Below are positions 37,404 to 43,469 of a stretch of DNA of 43,469 bases, piece after piece. How positions within the stretch are numbered: the stretch's first letter is position 1; the number at the start of each line of letters is the position of its first letter. This DNA is from Escherichia phage vB_EcoM-689R6: sequence record ON470584; one strand, written 5' to 3'. The translations under genes and the position numbers were made by a program. The notes beneath the pieces are model-generated. The model worked only from the letters and a program-made list of their open reading frames with translations. It had not been told where the DNA came from and made no database searches.

Positions 37404-38654
37404 TTACATGTTCTTGATGATCGCATCACCAAACTCTGAACATTTCAGCAGCTTAGCGCCTTCCATCAGACGTTCGAAGTCATAGGTTACGGTCTTGGCG
37501 TTGATTGCGCCTTCCATACCTTTAACAATCAGGTCTGCGGCTTCAGTCCAGCCCATATGGCGCAGCATCATCTCAGCGGAGAGAATAATAGAGCCTGGGT
37601 TTACTTTGTCCTGACCGGCATATTTCGGCGCAGTACCGTGGGTGGCTTCAAACAGGGCGCATTCGTCACCGATGTTTGCGCCTGGGGCGATACCGATACC
37701 GCCGACCTGTGCAGCCAGAGCGTCAGAAATGTAGTCACCGTTCAGGTTCATACAGGCGATAACATCATATTCAGCCGGACGCAGCAGGATCTGTTGCAGG
37801 AATGCGTCAGCAATCACGTCTTTAATGACGATCTCTTTGCCGGTATTCGGGTTTTTAACTTTCATCCACGGGCCGCCGTCGATCAGTTCACCGCCAAACT
37901 CTTCACGCGCCAGCTGGTAGCCCCAGTCTTTAAACGCGCCTTCGGTGAACTTCATGATGTTGCCTTTGTGCACCAGGGTCACAGAGTCACGATCGTTAGC
38001 AATTGCGTATTCGATCGCTGCACGAACCAGACGTTTGGTGCCTTCTTCCGAACACGGCTTAATACCGATACCGCAATGTTCCGGGAAGCGAATTTTCTTC
38101 ACGCCCATCTCTTCACGCAGGAATTTAATCACTTTCTCGGCGTCGGCAGAGTCAGCTTTCCATTCGATACCCGCATAAATGTCTTCCGAGTTTTCACGGA
38201 AGATAACCATATCGGTCAGTTCAGGATGTTTAACCGGGCTTGGGGTGCCCTGATAGTAACGTACCGGACGCAGGCAGATGTAGAGATCCAGTTCCTGGCG
38301 CAGGGCAACGTTCAGAGAACGAATACCGCCACCAACCGGAGTGGTCAGAGGGCCTTTAATGGCAACGCGATATTCACGAATCAGATCAAGGGTTTCAGCA
38401 GGCAGCCAGACATCCTGACCATAAACCTGTGTGGATTTTTCACCGGTGTAAATTTCCATCCAGGAGATTTTACGCTCGCCTTTATAGGCTTTCTCGACTG
38501 CAGCGTCGACCACTTTCAGCATGGCTGGGGTTACATCTACACCGATTCCATCACCTTCAATGTAAGGGATAATCGGATTTTCAGGAACGTTGAGTTTGCC
38601 GTTTTGCAGGGTGATCTTCTTGCCTTGTGCCGGAACAACTACTTTACTTTCCAT
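37404..38654 (-). CDS. icd: Isocitrate dehydrogenase (NADP)
   Basis: 416 aa, [46 protein letters not shown]... through ...[10 protein letters not shown]; full length. Confidence 0.95.
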   Translation of the reverse strand: MESKVVVPAQGKKITLQNGKLNVPENPIIPYIEGDGIGVDVTPAMLKVVDAAVEKAYKGERKISWMEIYTGEKSTQVYGQDVWLPAETLDLIREYRVAIKGPLTTPVGGGIRSLNVALRQELDLYICLRPVRYYQGTPSPVKHPELTDMVIFRENSEDIYAGIEWKADSADAEKVIKFLREEMGVKKIRFPEHCGIGIKPCSEEGTKRLVRAAIEYAIANDRDSVTLVHKGNIMKFTEGAFKDWGYQLAREEFGGELIDGGPWMKVKNPNTGKEIVIKDVIADAFLQQILLRPAEYDVIACMNLNGDYISDALAAQVGGIGIAPGANIGDECALFEATHGTAPKYAGQDKVNPGSIILSAEMMLRHMGWTEAADLIVKGMEGAINAKTVTYDFERLMEGAKLLKCSEFGDAIIKNM

Positions 38655-38825
38655 TCACCTCTCCTTCGAGCGCTACTGGTTTGCTCGTCTGCCACCACGT
38701 TGCATATGCGTTTGCGTCCTGCGATACGGATGCATTAGAGCAATTTTTTGTTAATGATTTGTAATTGGCTTGTCAATACTACCCTATTGTTTGCCGTCAT
38801 GAAAGATGCGCGTTATTAGGCTATA

Positions 38826-38966
38826 ATGCGGCAATTCATAATCTCTGAAAATACCATGCAAAAAACTTCTTTTAGACCAAAGACAGTATTTTTCAGACCT
38901 TCAAATAAGGCATTAAATATCAATAAGTTACACCAGTTTTTAAGCAATAAAAAAAACCACCAGAGA
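38826..38966 (+). pseudogene. Displaced 5' fragment of rluE
   Basis: Short ORF MRQFIISENTMQKTSFRPKT... matches the rluE N-terminus as I recall it and shares ACCATG...CTTCTTTTAGA with the start region of the intact rluE at 40350..40384, then diverges. Confidence 0.4.
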
Positions 38967-39235
38967 TAACTAACAGGATGCTATTTGGTCAAAATTTGAC
39001 ATTACTCGACTCAGCGACTATCTCACTTTGAGCACTATTGGGAAAATTATCAAAAGTCATGGTTGAAGCGACAAGCAACGAGTAAATTATGGCATCCCCC
39101 CTTTTTGAGGTTCACATGAAACGCTTTGCACTGATAGCTGTGAAACTCGTTGCCTTTACTGGTTCTGCATCTGCTGCAACCGAAGAAATCAACTTCAAGT
39201 AACAGAAACACTATATAACAATGGAGTGTTGACAA

Positions 39236-39685
39236 ATGGATACTACCGAAGAACGCAATGGAACATATTTCTACAGAGGACACCCGAACCTGTCCAAAAT
39301 AGAACTACTCAACGTCATATTCCTTGAAGAATTCTGTAAGGAATTGGGGATTGATTCGGTATCAGGTGCAGCAATCTTATCTGGTCAACCGTGGCTGGGT
39401 ACAAGAGCGAAGCCGCAAGGGGCAACCCTGGGAACAAGTGTTGTCTCAAAGTATGCGCGTATACTGATGAGAGATGCACGCATGCCTTTTGGTATTTCTG
39501 TTCATACACCAGTGGGTGTAAGGATGCAGAAATCTAATAAGCTTGCTGCAATTATCGCTCGTTGGGTCCCGTGGATTGGTTGGGCTTCACTGTCGATGAG
39601 TCTTTACAGGGTTTCGACTCGTACCCAGGAAAAATACAATCTGATTGCCAAACCTCAAGACCGTATTAAGTGGACTTCCTTCTAA
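39236..39685 (+). CDS. Hypothetical protein with C-terminal hydrophobic helix
   Basis: 149 aa ORF with ribosome-binding site; C-terminal AAIIARWVPWIGWASLSMSLY is TM-like; lies in inserted DNA between icd and rluE. Confidence 0.45.
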   Translation: MDTTEERNGTYFYRGHPNLSKIELLNVIFLEEFCKELGIDSVSGAAILSGQPWLGTRAKPQGATLGTSVVSKYARILMRDARMPFGISVHTPVGVRMQKSNKLAAIIARWVPWIGWASLSMSLYRVSTRTQEKYNLIAKPQDRIKWTSF

Positions 39686-40020
39686 TGGCGACAACAATCA
39701 CAGACGAAGTTTTAGCACTGTTCCGTGATGAGATTCCAGGTTATCAGGATGACCACGGGAAGGAAATTCCGTTAGAACTGGACTCTGATTTGTTCGACTA
39801 TCCACGAGATGATTTAGAGGACGCTATACGGAAATACAAAGAGAGGTTTGGGATTAACCTGGATAATCTGGACTGGTCTTTGTACCTTCCATGGGAGTCT
39901 GCACCATTGCTTCAACGATGGTTCAAGCTCAAGCGGGAAGAGGTAGAAACAACACGTTTACCGTTAACTGTACGGATGTTTGCAGAATCAGCAGAAGCGG
40001 GAAAATGGCTGTATCAGTAG
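39685..40020 (+). CDS. Hypothetical small acidic protein
   Basis: 111 aa from ATG 39685, which overlaps the upstream stop (TAATG). Acidic, with an LELDSDLFDY segment. The ORF track starts at a GTG at 39670. Confidence 0.45.
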   Translation: MATTITDEVLALFRDEIPGYQDDHGKEIPLELDSDLFDYPRDDLEDAIRKYKERFGINLDNLDWSLYLPWESAPLLQRWFKLKREEVETTRLPLTVRMFAESAEAGKWLYQ

Positions 40021-40352
40021 AATAAAAAAGAAGGCTGCGATGCCCCTCTTATTACTGCTGATGATGGTAGTGGTAAAGCATCATCCTGAACTTGAACAGT
40101 GAAGTGCTGTCACCCATCAGTAATACAGAAACACTATTTTTCATACCAGTATTTATTCAATTCATCAATGTAAAATGTGTTCATTGGGCCATATTTATCA
40201 CCATGCAGCCACACAACCGCTGCTCACTAACCCAGGTATTGATGAAACCGCGCTGAAGAGCCTGAACCCTGAACCTCTAACGAGTACCTTAAAAGTCCAA
40301 TGCAATCCGACACTGTGCTACCCTCTGCGTATAGCTCTATTTGGAATTTACC

Positions 40353-40991
40353 ATGAAATACTTTAGCGATTCTAAATCTTCTTTTAGAAAAAAACAGGTT
40401 AGTCGACTAAACTCGCAACACTCCACTAAGCGTAAACCTGAAAACCAGCCCACGCGCGTGATCCTGTTCAATAAACCCTACGATGTTCTTCCGCAGTTCA
40501 CCGATGAAGCCGGACGCAAAACATTAAAAGAATTCATCCCGGTTCAGGGCGTTTATGCAGCAGGTCGTCTTGACCGCGATAGCGAAGGGTTACTGGTGCT
40601 GACCAATAACGGCGCGTTGCAGGCGCGTTTAACCCAGCCGGGTAAACGCACCGGAAAAATCTATTATGTGCAGGTGGAAGGTATTCCCACACAAGACGCA
40701 CTTGAAGCCTTGCGCAATGGCGTAACCTTAAATGATGGCCCTACCCTGCCCGCAGGCGTAGAGCTGGTTGACGAACCCGCGTGGTTATGGCCGCGGAATC
40801 CACCAATTCGTGAACGCAAAAGTATTCCCACCAGCTGGCTGAAGATCACCTTATATGAAGGACGTAATCGCCAGGTGCGCCGCATGACCGCCCATGTTGG
40901 TTTCCCCACGCTGCGACTGATTCGCTATGCGATGGGTGATTACTCTTTGGATAATCTTGCCAACGGCGAATGGCGAGAAGCGACAGATTAA
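40353..40991 (+). CDS. rluE: 23S rRNA pseudouridine synthase RluE
   Basis: Conserved body ...[60 protein letters not shown]...; N-terminus differs from the fragment at 38826. Start codon uncertain (ATG 40353 or TTG 40341). Confidence 0.8.
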   Translation: MKYFSDSKSSFRKKQVSRLNSQHSTKRKPENQPTRVILFNKPYDVLPQFTDEAGRKTLKEFIPVQGVYAAGRLDRDSEGLLVLTNNGALQARLTQPGKRTGKIYYVQVEGIPTQDALEALRNGVTLNDGPTLPAGVELVDEPAWLWPRNPPIRERKSIPTSWLKITLYEGRNRQVRRMTAHVGFPTLRLIRYAMGDYSLDNLANGEWREATD

Positions 40992-41000
40992 GGACGCAAA

Positions 41001-42622
<1,622 letters not shown>

Positions 42623-42657
42623 TTATTATCTTTACTTAAAACAAGGAAGCAGTGAAC

Positions 42658-43299
42658 GTGGCAAAGAATTACTATGACATCACCCTCGCCCTAGCCGGTA
42701 TTTGTCAGTCGGCACGCCTGGTGCAACAACTCGCTCACCAGGGGCATTGTGATGCCGATGCGCTACACGTCTCACTCAACAGTATTATTGATATGAACCC
42801 CAGCTCGACGCTGGCGGTTTTTGGCGGCAGCGAAGCCAACCTGCGCGTCGGGCTGGAAACCTTGCTCGGCGTGCTCAATGCCAGCAGTCGCCAGGGCTTA
42901 AACGCTGAGTTAACCCGCTACACACTCAGCCTGATGGTGCTTGAGCGCAAACTCTCCTCAGCGAAAGGTGCGCTCGACACTCTGGGCAACCGGATCAACG
43001 GCCTGCAACGCCAGCTCGAACACTTCGATTTACAGTCCGAAACGCTGATGAGCGCGATGGCTGCTATCTATGTTGATGTGATTAGCCCGCTTGGCCCGCG
43101 CATTCAGGTAACCGGTTCCCCTGCTGTACTGCAAAGCCCACAAGTGCAGGCGAAAGTTCGCGCAACCCTGCTGGCAGGCATTCGCGCCGCCGTGCTCTGG
43201 CACCAGGTTGGCGGCGGACGTCTGCAACTGATGTTTTCTCGTAATCGCCTGACCACTCAGGCAAAACAAATTCTTGCTCATTTAACCCCGGAGTTGTGA
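42658..43299 (+). CDS. hflD: High-frequency-of-lysogenisation protein HflD
   Basis: About 213 aa ([29 protein letters not shown]...); start could be GTG at 42652 or 42658. Confidence 0.85.
   Translation: MAKNYYDITLALAGICQSARLVQQLAHQGHCDADALHVSLNSIIDMNPSSTLAVFGGSEANLRVGLETLLGVLNASSRQGLNAELTRYTLSLMVLERKLSSAKGALDTLGNRINGLQRQLEHFDLQSETLMSAMAAIYVDVISPLGPRIQVTGSPAVLQSPQVQAKVRATLLAGIRAAVLWHQVGGGRLQLMFSRNRLTTQAKQILAHLTPEL

Positions 43300-43469
<170 letters not shown>

Noticed and set aside
37557-38738. 393-aa ORF on the plus strand
   Set aside because: Lies entirely antisense to the confidently identified icd gene; long shadow ORF.

Overview
This window looks like an Escherichia-type chromosomal segment: a near-complete e14-like lambdoid prophage (about 1..37568) integrated into the 3' end of icd, followed by host genes icd, rluE, nudJ, mnmA, hflD and the start of purB. 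All calls rest on reading the six-frame translations and the DNA by eye; no database search or HMM was run. The prophage has a recognisable layout, all on the minus strand except the lysogeny arm: integrase/excisionase, CI/Cro switch with three CTAA-N6-TTAG operators, iteron-bearing replication gene, nin-like region (Dam methylase, LexA-domain protein, RusA, KilA-N, DUF968), Q antiterminator, lysis cassette, HNH/terminase/portal/protease/HK97-type capsid, and a Mu-like contractile tail ending in a Pin-invertible tail-fibre region. The first 1.8 kb (pinE, mcrA, icd 3' fragment) is separated by a 10-N gap and appears reverse-oriented, probably a scaffolding artefact. The most interesting locus is an AT-rich two-gene cassette between the integrase and icd (35567..37278): a DUF262-type protein plus a translationally coupled partner, in the position where K-12 e14 carries lit, so a candidate anti-phage defence system. 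Other points worth a second look are several orphan AT-rich cargo genes, a structured GC-rich non-coding block in the left operon, and a 1.5 kb insertion in the 5' end of rluE. No rRNA, tRNA or CRISPR array was found.
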